Positions 1 through 10,202 are shown, numbered from the stretch's first letter. The stretch is DNA of 47,554 bases from a bacterium UBA2214 (GCA_002327255.1 DCUM01000073.1:1-47554), one strand, 5' to 3'. A program made the numbers and translations. Notes: generated by a model from the sequence alone, not told the origin.

Positions 1-252
1 ATACCTCTCGGCGCTCTTGGCGCTCTCGGCGGTTAACCAGGTACTCATTTGCCGGATGAACCTAAATATATCGTGGAAACGGTTCCGGGCATTGGGCGCA
101 ACGGTGAGACTACGTGAGGCGGCCAGGCGCCCTCCGGTCACACAGCAAACCTGTTTTGTGCTGCTCGGATGTGCTGGTGACAAGGCCCGTTCTTGCGGGA
201 ATGTCTTTCGCGGAATCCGGGTCAGCGCCCGGCGCTGCCCTCTCCGCACAAC

Positions 253-1233
253 TCAGGGGAGTGTGTCAGCGTGCCGCAGCGGAGAGAGACCGTGGAGATG
301 GAGCAAAGCAGGGGCGACATCGGTCAAGGCGCGCAGTTTCGGCAACAGCGCTGCAGCACCGCATCCGAAGAGCAGGGCCATGGCGGGATTGCGGGCATGT
401 CCTTTAACACGGAGATCTTCGATGTTGCCATGATCGCTGCAGACCACCACGAGCGTTGTGGTCAGATCGACGCTGTGGAGAAGGCTGTTGAGGAAATGTG
501 CCAGATCACCCAGAACCTGAAGGGCGCGCGGCCGGCTGCGACTGTGGCCGGCGATGTCGGTCTGAAAGTATTCGAACAGGCAGAAGGCGTAGCGGCTGCT
601 GGCACGGGCAACGATCTCCCCGGCTTTTTCCGGCGTAAAGAGCGGAACCTCAAAGCCCATTTCACGCAGTGAAGCACCGGTCAAATCCTGATAGACCGAA
701 CGTTCCGCCTTGAGATCTTCAAGATCGAAAAATCGCAGACCCGCATAGAGGTTGCACACCGTGGTCACGGAGAGATGGCGGATGATCTGGAAGGGATCGA
801 GATCGAAAAACGGTGGCCGGAACGTGTTGAGAAACGCCGCGCGCAAACCGCCCTGCGTGCATATTTTCAGTATCGAATGCACCGCAATAATCTGCCGCAG
901 GGCTTCGTTGGGGAATCCATTGAGATGGCGGCCAATGGCAGCCGCCGCATTGACACCGGTCAGCAGGGCGGTCTGACCGGTGGCACTTTGCGGCAATCCC
1001 TCGACACCCAGATTGGCATCCAGTCCCAGCGCATAGCCACTGAATATTATTTCTTTGGGGAACGCTTCGTCCCGGTGATGCCGGAACAGCGGGGATGTGA
1101 GGCTGAAGCATGGATTGATATCGGGATCGGCCAATCCCAATCCCAGACCATCGATGAAAAGGAGCAGGATATGATCGGGCCGTTCCCCAGGCGATGGTTT
1201 CACGCTTCCACTCATTTGGAGAGCTTGTACCAA
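253..1233 (-). CDS. Alkaline-phosphatase-superfamily metalloenzyme (cofactor-independent phosphoglycerate mutase / phosphopentomutase-like)
   Basis: 326-aa ORF. It has the N-terminal metal-site motif LLLFIDGLGLG and the C-terminal motif VVCSDHGNIED, both typical of the AP-superfamily metalloenzyme domain. The substrate cannot be assigned by eye. Confidence 0.6.
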   Translation of the reverse strand: MVQALQMSGSVKPSPGERPDHILLLFIDGLGLGLADPDINPCFSLTSPLFRHHRDEAFPKEIIFSGYALGLDANLGVEGLPQSATGQTALLTGVNAAAAIGRHLNGFPNEALRQIIAVHSILKICTQGGLRAAFLNTFRPPFFDLDPFQIIRHLSVTTVCNLYAGLRFFDLEDLKAERSVYQDLTGASLREMGFEVPLFTPEKAGEIVARASSRYAFCLFEYFQTDIAGHSRSRPRALQVLGDLAHFLNSLLHSVDLTTTLVVVCSDHGNIEDLRVKGHARNPAMALLFGCGAAALLPKLRALTDVAPALLHLHGLSPLRHADTLP

Positions 1234-1604
1234 TTGGTGGCGACGATGAGAATGCCGAGAAAGATCATCATGGCGCCAAAAAACAGGCGCAAATATATTT
1301 GCGGCAATTTATTGGCAAAATGGGCGCTGAGCCAGGCGCTGAAAAACAGGCCAACGGCGATGATGAGCGTTGCGCGCCAGTGGATGTGGCCATGGCAGTG
1401 ATATTCGAGGACAGCGGCCAATCCCACGGGTGGCAGCAGAATCGCCAGGCTGGTACCGGTGGCCATCTGTTGGGAAAATCCCAGGCAATAAACCAAAGCC
1501 GGGACGATGATTAATCCACCGCCGATGCCGAGAAAACCGGACAAGAGTCCGGCAGCGACGCCGATCAGCAGGAGCTGTGCCATGGAGGGTTCTTGAAATG
1601 GCAT
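1212..1604 (-). CDS. TauE/SafE (DUF81) family membrane protein, half-size (about 4 TM helices)
   Basis: 130-aa hydrophobic ORF with the family motif GFLGIGGGLIIVPALV. It overlaps the downstream gene by 22 nt. The start could instead be the internal MAQLLL. Confidence 0.6.
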   Translation of the reverse strand: MPFQEPSMAQLLLIGVAAGLLSGFLGIGGGLIIVPALVYCLGFSQQMATGTSLAILLPPVGLAAVLEYHCHGHIHWRATLIIAVGLFFSAWLSAHFANKLPQIYLRLFFGAMMIFLGILIVATNWYKLSK

Positions 1605-1607
1605 CGT

Positions 1608-3227
1608 TCAGTAGAGTTGTTTGATGGTTGTGCCAGGATAATAGGCGTGCAAAATATCGCTGACTTTTTGCCCCTCCCTGGCGCGGACAGCAGCGCCCAG
1701 TTGACAGAGTCCCACGCCATGACCCCATCCAGCGCCTTTAAAAATGACGGCATCGACGTGTCCTGCGGCGTCCAGCTCTTTTTCGATGACAAAACAGGCC
1801 GAATAGAGCGCAGAAGCGGACAAGGCGCGGCGGATATTCAATTCTTTTCGCACCACCACGTGATCTTTGCTGCCGGTGATATCGACCGCCATGAGGCGGC
1901 CGGAAACCCCGCGTTTAAGGAGAATGATATCACGAATTTCTCCCACATCGACACCGGTGCGATCTCTGACAACCCTTTGCAATTCCTCCTGAGTAACCTT
2001 CTGTTGCCAGCGAAAATATTTTTCCGCATAGCGGCCGAAATCGGGCTTTCCGGCGGACTCGAGGTTGCAGCAGACATCCGGTTTGCCCTCTATCCAGGTG
2101 CGCGCATTCTCCTCCCGCGTCAGATCCAAAGTGCCGAGGGTGGTTCGGGTATCCAGGAGACCCTGCAGATAGGGTTCGCCGTCGCTGTCCCATACTTCCG
2201 AGGCCCTGGCCGTATGGCCGCCGCACACCGCGGAATAGCTGGCCGTGCACAGCGCATCCTGATAAGTGAGCACCAATCCTTTGGTGTCATGTACAGCGGA
2301 TTCAACGGCCGCGGCATTACGGGGCAATCCCACATAAGCCTGGCAGTGCACATCATCGCAGACATCGAATTCGCTGTCGCGGTGAAAACGGCCGAAGGTA
2401 TTGAAAAAGAGTGTGCGTGACACGATGGCCTGCGCTTTGAGAGCCTCCACCGGAAACGAGTTGGCCATTTCACCGGCCACAACGCCGCGCAGATAGAGTT
2501 CGATTTCGACCACATTGATGGCGAGCAGTTTTCCGTCGGCGCCGATGCGCAATTCGATCTCGCCGCCATAGGTTCGGGTCTCGTTGCGCGCCCAATGATA
2601 GCCCGAACCAACTTCCACATTGCGCAGCGTTATGTTCGTGCCACTGAGCCTGATGGCGTCACTGATCAACGACGTATGGCCATTGGGTGAAAGCAGGGCA
2701 ATTTTCCCCAGGCCGGTCTGTGCCGGGTCGCGTTGAACCCGGCCCTGGATATCCGGATAGGCTTTGAGGAAAGTCTCCGCCTCGGATTTGGAACTGAAAT
2801 CGCGTTCAGCGCGGACGCGAAAGGTGCGGCGGTCCACCAGGTTGTGACCGTCGATAACCAGCGCTTCACCCCGTGGCTCGATGCGCACGGCGATGCCGCG
2901 TGCGCGCATGCGCCCGGCAAATTCATCGGCGCGCGCCCGCTCGCGCGAATCGTACAACAGCGCTATGTACCGGGCGCCTTCCGGATTGAACGCATGCACC
3001 GTGGCTTTCCACAATCCCCGTTCAAAAGCTTTGGCGCTCTCATCAGGATTCTGCGCGACGAGGTTAAAGTCGTCCGCCGTTTCAAAATAGATGGCATCCT
3101 GCCCCTCGAGGATGCCCACACGAATGATGGGCTGCGTGAGCGGCGGTGCATAGCGCATGCGGCTGCAGCCGCTCGCGATGATGCAGAGGCCCACCAACGG
3201 CCAAACCAATTTTCGCACAAGCGTCAT
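1608..3227 (-). CDS. SpoIID/LytB-domain lipoprotein (peptidoglycan remodelling / amidase enhancer)
   Basis: 539-aa ORF. It has a lipoprotein signal (LCIIASGC) and the C-terminal SpoIID hallmark GAGWGHGVGLCQLGA. Confidence 0.8.
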   Translation of the reverse strand: MTLVRKLVWPLVGLCIIASGCSRMRYAPPLTQPIIRVGILEGQDAIYFETADDFNLVAQNPDESAKAFERGLWKATVHAFNPEGARYIALLYDSRERARADEFAGRMRARGIAVRIEPRGEALVIDGHNLVDRRTFRVRAERDFSSKSEAETFLKAYPDIQGRVQRDPAQTGLGKIALLSPNGHTSLISDAIRLSGTNITLRNVEVGSGYHWARNETRTYGGEIELRIGADGKLLAINVVEIELYLRGVVAGEMANSFPVEALKAQAIVSRTLFFNTFGRFHRDSEFDVCDDVHCQAYVGLPRNAAAVESAVHDTKGLVLTYQDALCTASYSAVCGGHTARASEVWDSDGEPYLQGLLDTRTTLGTLDLTREENARTWIEGKPDVCCNLESAGKPDFGRYAEKYFRWQQKVTQEELQRVVRDRTGVDVGEIRDIILLKRGVSGRLMAVDITGSKDHVVVRKELNIRRALSASALYSACFVIEKELDAAGHVDAVIFKGAGWGHGVGLCQLGAAVRAREGQKVSDILHAYYPGTTIKQLY

Positions 3228-3236
3228 AGTAGTTCC

Positions 3237-4142
3237 CTATCCCTGGTAACCAAATTCCCTTAAAAAGGTGTCATTTTTACGCCACTTTTCGCGCACCGCA
3301 ACCCACAGTTCGAGATAGACGGGTCTGCCCAGCAGCGCTTCGATTTCACGGCGCGACTCGATCCCGACGCGGCGCAGCATGGCGCCTGATTTGCCGATGA
3401 TGATTCCTTTTTGTGAAGTGCGTTCAACGACGATGCGCGCCTTGATCACATCCTTTCGGCCCGCGGCCGCCTCGCGGAATTCATCGATCACCACAGCGGT
3501 GGAGTAGGGTATCTCGTCGCCATAGAGTGAAAATATCTTTTCACGGATGATCTCGCTCACAAAAAAACGCTCCGGATGATCGGTCACTGCATCCGCATCG
3601 TACAGGGGCATGCCGGCCGGAAGATGGGGTACAAGGGTTTCAATGAGGAGCGCGCAGTTATCACCGTGCAGCGCTGAAATGGGGATTATTTCTGCAAAGG
3701 TATGGCGCGCCTGATAAGCCTGGATCAGCGGCAGCAGTTGCGGCCTGGCGATCAGATCCATCTTGTTGATGACCAGAAAAACCGGTTTGCGGGTGGCGAC
3801 GAGAAAATCAAGAATCTCCAAATCACGGCTGGCGGGCTTTGCAGATGCTTCCACCAGCAACAGCAGGACATCGGCTTCGCCGAACGCGCGCTGCGCCGCT
3901 TGCATCATGACTTCCTGCAACCGGTAAGCGGGCGTTATCAGCCCCGGGGTGTCGAGGAAAATGATCTGGTAATCATCGCCGCTGAGTACGCCCATGATGC
4001 GATGGCGGGTGGTCTGCGGCTTGGGCGTGGTGATCGACAGCTTAAACTGCAGCAGGCGGTTGATCAAGGTGGATTTGCCCACGTTGGGCTGACCGGCTAC
4101 TGCCACATAGCCGGCCCGGAAGCGTTGCGCTTTATGTTCCAT
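3237..4142 (-). CDS. era: GTPase Era
   Basis: 301 aa. It has G1 (GQPNVGKSTL), G3 (DTPG), G4 (NKMD) and a C-terminal KH domain (VERTSQKGIIIGKSGAMLRRVG). Confidence 0.95.
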   Translation of the reverse strand: MEHKAQRFRAGYVAVAGQPNVGKSTLINRLLQFKLSITTPKPQTTRHRIMGVLSGDDYQIIFLDTPGLITPAYRLQEVMMQAAQRAFGEADVLLLLVEASAKPASRDLEILDFLVATRKPVFLVINKMDLIARPQLLPLIQAYQARHTFAEIIPISALHGDNCALLIETLVPHLPAGMPLYDADAVTDHPERFFVSEIIREKIFSLYGDEIPYSTAVVIDEFREAAAGRKDVIKARIVVERTSQKGIIIGKSGAMLRRVGIESRREIEALLGRPVYLELWVAVREKWRKNDTFLREFGYQG

Positions 4143-4160
4143 GCGGTCGGTCGGTTCGCT

Positions 4161-4613
4161 TTACAGGTAAGCGTCCAGGGTATGCGATTCATAGAGACGC
4201 TGCACCAGCTGTTCTCCGCTCACCAGTTTGAGATTATGGAACTGACAGCCATTGCGCAGGCAGCCTTCAACGATACCTCCCTGCGGCAGATGCATCACGA
4301 ACATGGGCGCCGAACACACGTTACAGCGCTGCCCCTTATCGCTCAGCAACACTTCGCAGGCCGGGCAGCGAAATTCGACGATTTCGCCATCCGGGACGTC
4401 GATCTCCGAGACATTTTTAAAACTGCCATAAATGGGATCGAGGTGAATCTGACCGGATTGATTCCTGAATGTTACAATCACCGTGACCGAACTGTAGCCG
4501 TTAATCTTGTGCTCATGGTCCATGAGAGAATGACCGTGCGGGCAGCTGGCGTTCTGGATGCGCAGTGCTTTGCTGGGGATCTCGATCGCAACGATCTCTT
4601 TTTTCTTTGCCAT
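4161..4613 (-). CDS. Hypothetical zinc-ribbon protein
   Basis: 150 aa from the ATG at 4613, preceded by AGGAG. It has Cys/His pairs CPHGH, CPAC, CNVC and C..NGC. I recognise no family. It is packed between era and proS. Confidence 0.5.
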   Translation of the reverse strand: MAKKKEIVAIEIPSKALRIQNASCPHGHSLMDHEHKINGYSSVTVIVTFRNQSGQIHLDPIYGSFKNVSEIDVPDGEIVEFRCPACEVLLSDKGQRCNVCSAPMFVMHLPQGGIVEGCLRNGCQFHNLKLVSGEQLVQRLYESHTLDAYL

Positions 4614-4673
4614 AAACGACTCCTGAGGGGAACATAATGAGGGTACGCCGGAGGTCCGGCGCACCTGTTTTCA

Positions 4674-6104
4674 TCAATAGGATTTGGCCACGAGAACGCG
4701 TCCCTTGGAGGGAGCGCCGCAGACGATACAGGCGCCCTGCTCTTTGGTTTCATCCAGCGGGATAGTGCGGATGGTCGCTCTGGAGGTCTCCTGAAATTTG
4801 TTTTCGCACAATTCTGAACCGCACCAATGCACCCGGAAAAAGCCGCCGGGATTTTCGATGCGCGCGCTAAAATCATCATACGCATCCACGGTGAAGGTAT
4901 TGTCATCGCGGAGCGCTCTGGCGCGCTGCAAAAGATTATTCTGAATCTCTTCGAGCAGGGCCTCTATTTTCGCCAGCAGATTTTCCTGCGGCATGGCGAT
5001 CTTTTCGCCGGTGTCGCGGCGGACCACGACCACCTGTTGAGCGGCGACATCTTTGGGGCCGATCTCGATCCGTATCGGGATGCCGCGTTTCTCCCATTCA
5101 TTGAATTTGTATCCGGGACGGTACTGGTCGCGATCATCAATTTTGAAGGAAATTTTTCCCTGCCATGACGCGGTCAACGCCTGCGCGTGCTGGCGCATAC
5201 GCTCCATTTCCGCATCTTCTTTCCAGATCGGAATGAGGACCACCTTGAGTGGCGCCAGACGCGGCGGCAGCACCAGGCCATTGTCATCGGAATGGGTCAT
5301 GATCAGCGCCCCCACCAGACGCGTGGAAACACCCCAGCTGGTGGCATAGACATGCTGCAGTTTGCCCTGTTCATCCTGAAAGGTGACATCAAAGGCTTTG
5401 GAAAAATTTTGGCCGAGGTTATGGGACGTACCGGCCTGCAGCGCCTTGCGATCCTGCATCATGGCTTCGATGCAATAGGTACGCACGGCTCCGGCGAACT
5501 TTTCCTTTTCGCTCTTGAAGCCGACATAGACCGGTGCGGCGAGATACTCCTCGGCGAAACGGCGATAGACATCGAGTATTTTCAGGGTTTCCTCTTCAGC
5601 CTCTGCGGCGCTGGCATGGGCCGTGTGCCCCTCCTGCCACAAGAATTCGGTGGTGCGCAAAAAGAGCCGCGTTCGCATTTCCCAGCGCACGACATTGGCC
5701 CATTGGTTGATCAGGATGGGCAGATCGCGATAACTCTGAATCCAGTTTTTATAGGTGGACCAGATGATGGTCTCCGAGGTCGGGCGCACAAACAGCGCCT
5801 CTTCGAGCTTTTTGCCGCCGCCATGCGTGACGACCGCGCATTCGGGGGCAAATCCTTCGACATGTTCGGCTTCCTTGTGCATCAGGCTTTCCGGGATGAA
5901 GAGCGGAAAGTAGGCATTGACATGTCCGGTCTCCTTGAACATGCGGTCCAGCTGCCCCTGGATCATCTCCCAGATGGCGTAGCCATTCGGCTTGATGACC
6001 ATACACCCTTTGACCGCAGAGTGTTCAGCGAGATCCGCGGCGGCGATGACATCCAGATACCACTGCGAATAATCTTCTTTTCTCGGTGTAATTCCCTTTG
6101 CCAT
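4674..6104 (-). CDS. proS: Prolyl-tRNA synthetase, archaeal/eukaryote-like (no INS editing domain)
   Basis: The N-terminus ([19 protein letters not shown]...[21 protein letters not shown]) and overall length are typical of this ProRS type. The ORF is open to 6155, so the start (6104 or 6119) is uncertain. Confidence 0.9.
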   Translation of the reverse strand: MAKGITPRKEDYSQWYLDVIAAADLAEHSAVKGCMVIKPNGYAIWEMIQGQLDRMFKETGHVNAYFPLFIPESLMHKEAEHVEGFAPECAVVTHGGGKKLEEALFVRPTSETIIWSTYKNWIQSYRDLPILINQWANVVRWEMRTRLFLRTTEFLWQEGHTAHASAAEAEEETLKILDVYRRFAEEYLAAPVYVGFKSEKEKFAGAVRTYCIEAMMQDRKALQAGTSHNLGQNFSKAFDVTFQDEQGKLQHVYATSWGVSTRLVGALIMTHSDDNGLVLPPRLAPLKVVLIPIWKEDAEMERMRQHAQALTASWQGKISFKIDDRDQYRPGYKFNEWEKRGIPIRIEIGPKDVAAQQVVVVRRDTGEKIAMPQENLLAKIEALLEEIQNNLLQRARALRDDNTFTVDAYDDFSARIENPGGFFRVHWCGSELCENKFQETSRATIRTIPLDETKEQGACIVCGAPSKGRVLVAKSY

Positions 6105-6179
6105 ACCCAATCGATCCATTCCTTGTTTGCGAATTCCAATTGACAGAACGAACACACTGTCAGGTTTATTCAGTGATGA

Positions 6180-7061
6180 TTAATCGAAGACACGTCCTGC
6201 GCAGAAGAGATCACGCTGCTCGAGCTGTTGCAGGGTGGTAAAATAGCAATCGTGTTCCTCTTTGATCCCCTGCAGGCACACCAGTTCGCGGCGTCTGGTG
6301 GTGCTGCGGCCATCGCGCTGGATGACATCGACGAGCGCGCCCTGGGGGCATTTGAGGCATTTGTGCGGCTGCTGCGGCAAGCTGCGCGCGGTGGTCTTGG
6401 CCACCAATGCCTGGCTGTTGCTCCAGGTGGGCCTGCCCGACCGGTCGCCGAGCTCGACCGCCCCTATTTTGGGAAAGAGAATGCGGCCGCGATCAAAGGC
6501 GAGAATGCCGCGCGCATCGAGGCGGTCGCCCGGCGCCAGGGCGAAGCGCTCCTGCTGCTGCGGAGTGATGGCCGCGTAAAAAGCATCTTCGATGCTTTCG
6601 CGGCCGATGAATCCACGCCGGGCAATGAGCAAGTAACCGTCGAGGCGCAGTTGGCCGCCATGGGGATTCAACACCTTGAGAAAACGCGGCTTCACCGCGC
6701 CGATCGTGAAGGTGATGTCCCATTCCCGCCCCTGGTACGCCATGATCCATTCATCAAAGTCGTGGCACTGTTCCCTGAAGCGCGCATCTTCCGCGGGTGA
6801 CAGGCGGAGCGTTGGCTGCTGGTGGATTTTTTCATCCCGATAATGGGCGCAACCCGGGCAGAGCCGGCCCATGCGTGTGAAGCCGCGCGAACAGCGCTTG
6901 CCTTTATTGAACAGAGCGCAGGTGTAGCGGTACATCAGACATCCCTGAGGATAGCATTTTTTCTCGACCAGCACATGGAAAGCGGAGACGCGATGGGCAA
7001 ACCGGGCGTGCTGTGCATAGTGGCAGGTGAAGACATCGATCCTTTTATAAGGATTTTTCAT
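6180..7061 (-). CDS. Cysteine-rich hypothetical protein
   Basis: About 293 aa from the ATG at 7061 (GAGGA 6 nt upstream). It has an N-terminal Cys cluster (C..C..C..C, CPGCAHY) and a C-terminal CLKCPQG ... C ... C. No recognisable family. Confidence 0.5.
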   Translation of the reverse strand: MKNPYKRIDVFTCHYAQHARFAHRVSAFHVLVEKKCYPQGCLMYRYTCALFNKGKRCSRGFTRMGRLCPGCAHYRDEKIHQQPTLRLSPAEDARFREQCHDFDEWIMAYQGREWDITFTIGAVKPRFLKVLNPHGGQLRLDGYLLIARRGFIGRESIEDAFYAAITPQQQERFALAPGDRLDARGILAFDRGRILFPKIGAVELGDRSGRPTWSNSQALVAKTTARSLPQQPHKCLKCPQGALVDVIQRDGRSTTRRRELVCLQGIKEEHDCYFTTLQQLEQRDLFCAGRVFD

Positions 7062-7409
7062 GTCTATCCTCATAACATCTTCAAATAATTTAAAATATAA
7101 AGAGATTGCATGTGATAATCAAGCAAATTCTTTGCCCCTTTTTGCAGCACCATCAGGATTTATCTTTGCAAATAGAGTGAATTTTTCTAAATTAGATTCA
7201 TTGAACCTGAATGATTCAGCGCCGGGGACGCCGCAAAGCGCAGCGCCTATAAATCACCAAAATGGCTGCAAGCGCTGACGAGCATGTCGAGACCGGGAAA
7301 TCCGCTTTCGCATCATTACCTGACGGCACCAGACCCAACGCGGCGGCCTCTGCCCCCTTTGTGGTTTATGAAGGGATCCGGCTAAAACCAATGGACGAGG
7401 AAACGGCTT

Positions 7410-8987
7410 ATGAATTTCTCTACGCTCGATGTCGCCATTCTCTTCAGCTACCTCACCGGCGTGGCGCTTTTTGGCGCCTGGTTGGGCAAACGGCAAAAAG
7501 ACACCACCGACTATTTCCTCGGCGGCAGGGATTTGCCCTGGCTGGCCATCTGTTTTTCCGTCGTTGCCACCGAAACCAGCACGCTGACGTTTATCAGCAT
7601 CCCCGGACTGGCCTATCTGACCAATCTCAATTTTCTCCAACTCGCGGCGGGGTTCCTGATCGGCCGCACGATCATCGCCTTCGTGCTGCTGCCGCGCTAT
7701 TACCGCGGTGAAATTCAAACCGCCTATCACCTGCTCGGCAACCGCTTCGGCATTCGCATGCGCCGTTTTTCCTCCATCGTCTTCCAGATCACCCGGCTGC
7801 TCGCCGACGGCGTGCGCCTGTTCGCGACCGCCATTCCTCTGGCGATCATCACCGGCTGGAGCTACAGCGTCAGCATCATCATCATCGCCCTGGTGACGAT
7901 TCTATATACCTATATTGGCGGCATTCGCGCGGTCGTATGGCTGGATGTGATCCAATGGTGTGTCTATGTGGGCGGCGCGATACTGGCCCTCATCATCCTG
8001 CTGGACAAACTGCCGCAGGGATGGGGCAGCGTAGTGGCGGCGGCAGAACCCGGCGACAAATTCAATCTCATTCAACTCGGATTCGACAAATCATTCAAAG
8101 AATTTTTCAGCTTGAATTATACCCTGCTCTCGGGTTTAATCGGCGGCGCTTTTCTCTCCATGGCATCCCATGGCACCGATCAGCTCATCGTCCAGCGTCT
8201 GCTCGCCTGCCGCGATCTGCGCGCCAGCCAAAAAGCCCTTATCGGCAGCGGCTTCATGGTCATCGCACAATTCGTGCTCTTCCTGGTTCTCGGACTGGCG
8301 CTGTACGCCTATTACGGCGGCGCGGTCATGCGCTCCGACGAGGTTCTGCCCCGTTTCATCGTCGAAGGACTCCCCGTAGGCGTCAAAGGCATCATCATCG
8401 CCGGGGTCTTTGCGGCAGCCATGGGCAACCTCAGCGGTTCGCTCAACTCCCTCGCCTCTTCCAGCATGCTGGACCTCTACAAATCGCATTGGGGCAAAAA
8501 AAACAGCGCCAAAAAGGATCTGCTCATTTCGCGCGCCTTCACCTTCATCTGGGGGGTGATCTTTGTCATCAGCGCCACCATGTTCACGGCGACCGAAAAT
8601 CCTGTGGTCGAACTGGGACTGGCCATCGCCTCTTTCACCTACGGCGGGCTGCTCGGCACTTTTTTCCTCGGCCTCAGCAACAAGCGCGCCACCGAAGAGG
8701 AAGGGCTGCTGGCGATGTGGAGCGCCATCTTTTTCATGATCTGGATTATCGGGCAGAAAGGCGCGGGGCTGTACATACCCCTGGGGTTGGCGTTGCTGGC
8801 GGGCGTATGGCTGTTGCGGCGGCTGCAGAGTCTTCACACCCGGACCTTTACGCTGCTGTGGAGCTTTGCCATGGTTCTGCTCATCCTCGGCATCGACTCT
8901 CCCCCCATCGCCTGGCCCTGGTATGTTCTCATCGGCTGCTCGATCGGCTATCTCAATGGCACCCTGCTGTCGCTGTGGCGCCGTTAA
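7410..8987 (+). CDS. Sodium:solute symporter family (SSF) transporter
   Basis: 525-aa polytopic membrane protein. Its N-terminus (DYFLGGRDLPWLAICFSVVATETSTLTFISIPGLAY) is characteristic of SSF. Confidence 0.85.
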   Translation: MNFSTLDVAILFSYLTGVALFGAWLGKRQKDTTDYFLGGRDLPWLAICFSVVATETSTLTFISIPGLAYLTNLNFLQLAAGFLIGRTIIAFVLLPRYYRGEIQTAYHLLGNRFGIRMRRFSSIVFQITRLLADGVRLFATAIPLAIITGWSYSVSIIIIALVTILYTYIGGIRAVVWLDVIQWCVYVGGAILALIILLDKLPQGWGSVVAAAEPGDKFNLIQLGFDKSFKEFFSLNYTLLSGLIGGAFLSMASHGTDQLIVQRLLACRDLRASQKALIGSGFMVIAQFVLFLVLGLALYAYYGGAVMRSDEVLPRFIVEGLPVGVKGIIIAGVFAAAMGNLSGSLNSLASSSMLDLYKSHWGKKNSAKKDLLISRAFTFIWGVIFVISATMFTATENPVVELGLAIASFTYGGLLGTFFLGLSNKRATEEEGLLAMWSAIFFMIWIIGQKGAGLYIPLGLALLAGVWLLRRLQSLHTRTFTLLWSFAMVLLILGIDSPPIAWPWYVLIGCSIGYLNGTLLSLWRR

Positions 8988-8994
8988 TAAAAAA

Positions 8995-9023
8995 GGCCGT
9001 TGCTTCGCCCCGAAACAACGGCC
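8995..9023 (-). terminator. Putative intrinsic terminator between convergent genes, possibly bidirectional
   Basis: GGCCGTTG (8995-9002) pairs with CAACGGCC (9016-9023). An A-run lies on the plus side, which gives a T-run after the hairpin on the minus strand. Confidence 0.4.
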
Positions 9024-9216
9024 TCTCCCCTTGCAGGGCTATTTCTTCCCCTCGGTACACAGGGAATCGCAATAATTATACCACTTTTGAGAAAAAAGCG
9101 CTTAATATCTATTAAATAATCAATTATCTCGCCTTCCTTTCGGGCTCATCGCCCTTCAAATGTTGTATTTTTGCAACACCTGGAGAGCCTGTTTGTTGCA
9201 ATAAATGCAACACCTT

Positions 9217-9705
9217 TCAAACGGCCTCAAAACGCAGGGCGCGGGCGATATCGATGGGTGTGCGTGTGGGCACGTCGCGTCCTTCAAGTTTTATGCCTTT
9301 ATCATGCAGACGGCGGAATTGAGCGATATCCTCATCGTCGACGAAGATAAACGGTGCGATCTGGTTTTTACCGGCACGAAAATGCATGCCGCCAACATTA
9401 ACTTCCAGGATATCGACTCCCGCTTCCACCAGATCGACGATACTTTTGGGTGTATCCACCAGCAGCAGGATACGTTCTGTTTTTACCTGATCCGAAAGCA
9501 GGACAGCGATCGTTTCCTTCAAGGTGAGGACCGACGCCGAGATATTGCTGGTGACTGCCGACATATAGATGGTCTTTTGCCAGTCGGAGGTTGCCACTTC
9601 GTCACTGCACAGCATGATGCGTTGCGGTTTGAGGACATTTTGCCAGCCCACCACCACCTGACCATGAATGAGCCGGTCATCAATTCGCACTTGAACCAAA
9701 GGCAT
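9217..9705 (-). CDS. PTS EIIB component, mannose/sorbose class
   Basis: The N-terminus MPLVQVRIDDRLIHGQVVVGW is the EIIB(Man) phospho-His signature. I preferred the ATG at 9705 (GGGAGAA upstream). The ORF is open to a TTG at 9759. Confidence 0.8.
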   Translation of the reverse strand: MPLVQVRIDDRLIHGQVVVGWQNVLKPQRIMLCSDEVATSDWQKTIYMSAVTSNISASVLTLKETIAVLLSDQVKTERILLLVDTPKSIVDLVEAGVDILEVNVGGMHFRAGKNQIAPFIFVDDEDIAQFRRLHDKGIKLEGRDVPTRTPIDIARALRFEAV

Positions 9706-9755
9706 GTTAAGTTCTCCCATCCTGCGGATAAATCGGTTTTTGCCGCGCCGCGGTA

Positions 9756-10157
9756 TCAACAGGGTTTGCCCGGCGTCAACAGACAGACACCGCGTACCCC
9801 ATCCTGATAGACTTCTTCCGCCAGTTCGGGCATTGCGAGGCTGTCGCGTTTGCTGATGAACGAGAGCACCATGGCGAGATTCAGGCCGGATAACACCTTG
9901 ATGCCGGGATACTCCTTGGCGATGCCCACGGACACATTCCAGCAGCTGCCGCCGCGCAGACTGGCCATGATGAGAACGCCATCCTGTTCGGCGGCAGGTG
10001 CCGTCACCAGGGCGCGCAGACGCGAGGCGATCTCCGTAATGGACATATTGGTGACCGAAATGGCATACAAGCCTTCGTCGATACCCATGATGGTGCGCAC
10101 GGCTTCAATCATGGCGTCTCCGACGGGGCCATGGGTTAACAATATTCCCTGTTTCAT
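9756..10157 (-). CDS. PTS EIIA component, mannose class
   Basis: 133 aa. The N-terminus MKQGILLTHGPVGDAMIEA carries the active-site His in a THG context typical of EIIA(Man). Confidence 0.75.
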   Translation of the reverse strand: MKQGILLTHGPVGDAMIEAVRTIMGIDEGLYAISVTNMSITEIASRLRALVTAPAAEQDGVLIMASLRGGSCWNVSVGIAKEYPGIKVLSGLNLAMVLSFISKRDSLAMPELAEEVYQDGVRGVCLLTPGKPC

Positions 10158-10202
10158 CTCTTTCCTTTATGGCAGGAACTGTAACGTTTCCTCCACGTCT
10201 GG

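Noticed and set aside
1-252. Possible partial gene at the left window edge: the minus-strand frame is open after the stop at 253, and there are plus-strand ORFs at 17-433, 114-407 and 193-672.
   Set aside because: The open minus frame translates to an Arg-rich, low-complexity peptide with only GTG/TTG starts. The plus ORFs overlap the AP-superfamily gene antisense and look non-protein-like. There is no confident call.
7074-7409. Possible riboswitch or leader in the 336-bp region upstream of the SSF symporter.
   Set aside because: I could not match it to any riboswitch class by eye. The region also has to hold two divergent promoters, which accounts for its length and AT-rich left half. An Rfam scan would settle it.
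9160-9216. Repeated TGCAACACC motif and TTGCAACA/TGTTGCAA hairpin downstream of the EIIB gene, considered as a terminator or operator.
   Set aside because: The hairpin is short and AT-rich and has no following T-run on the relevant strand. Two copies of a 9-mer are not enough to call a regulatory site.
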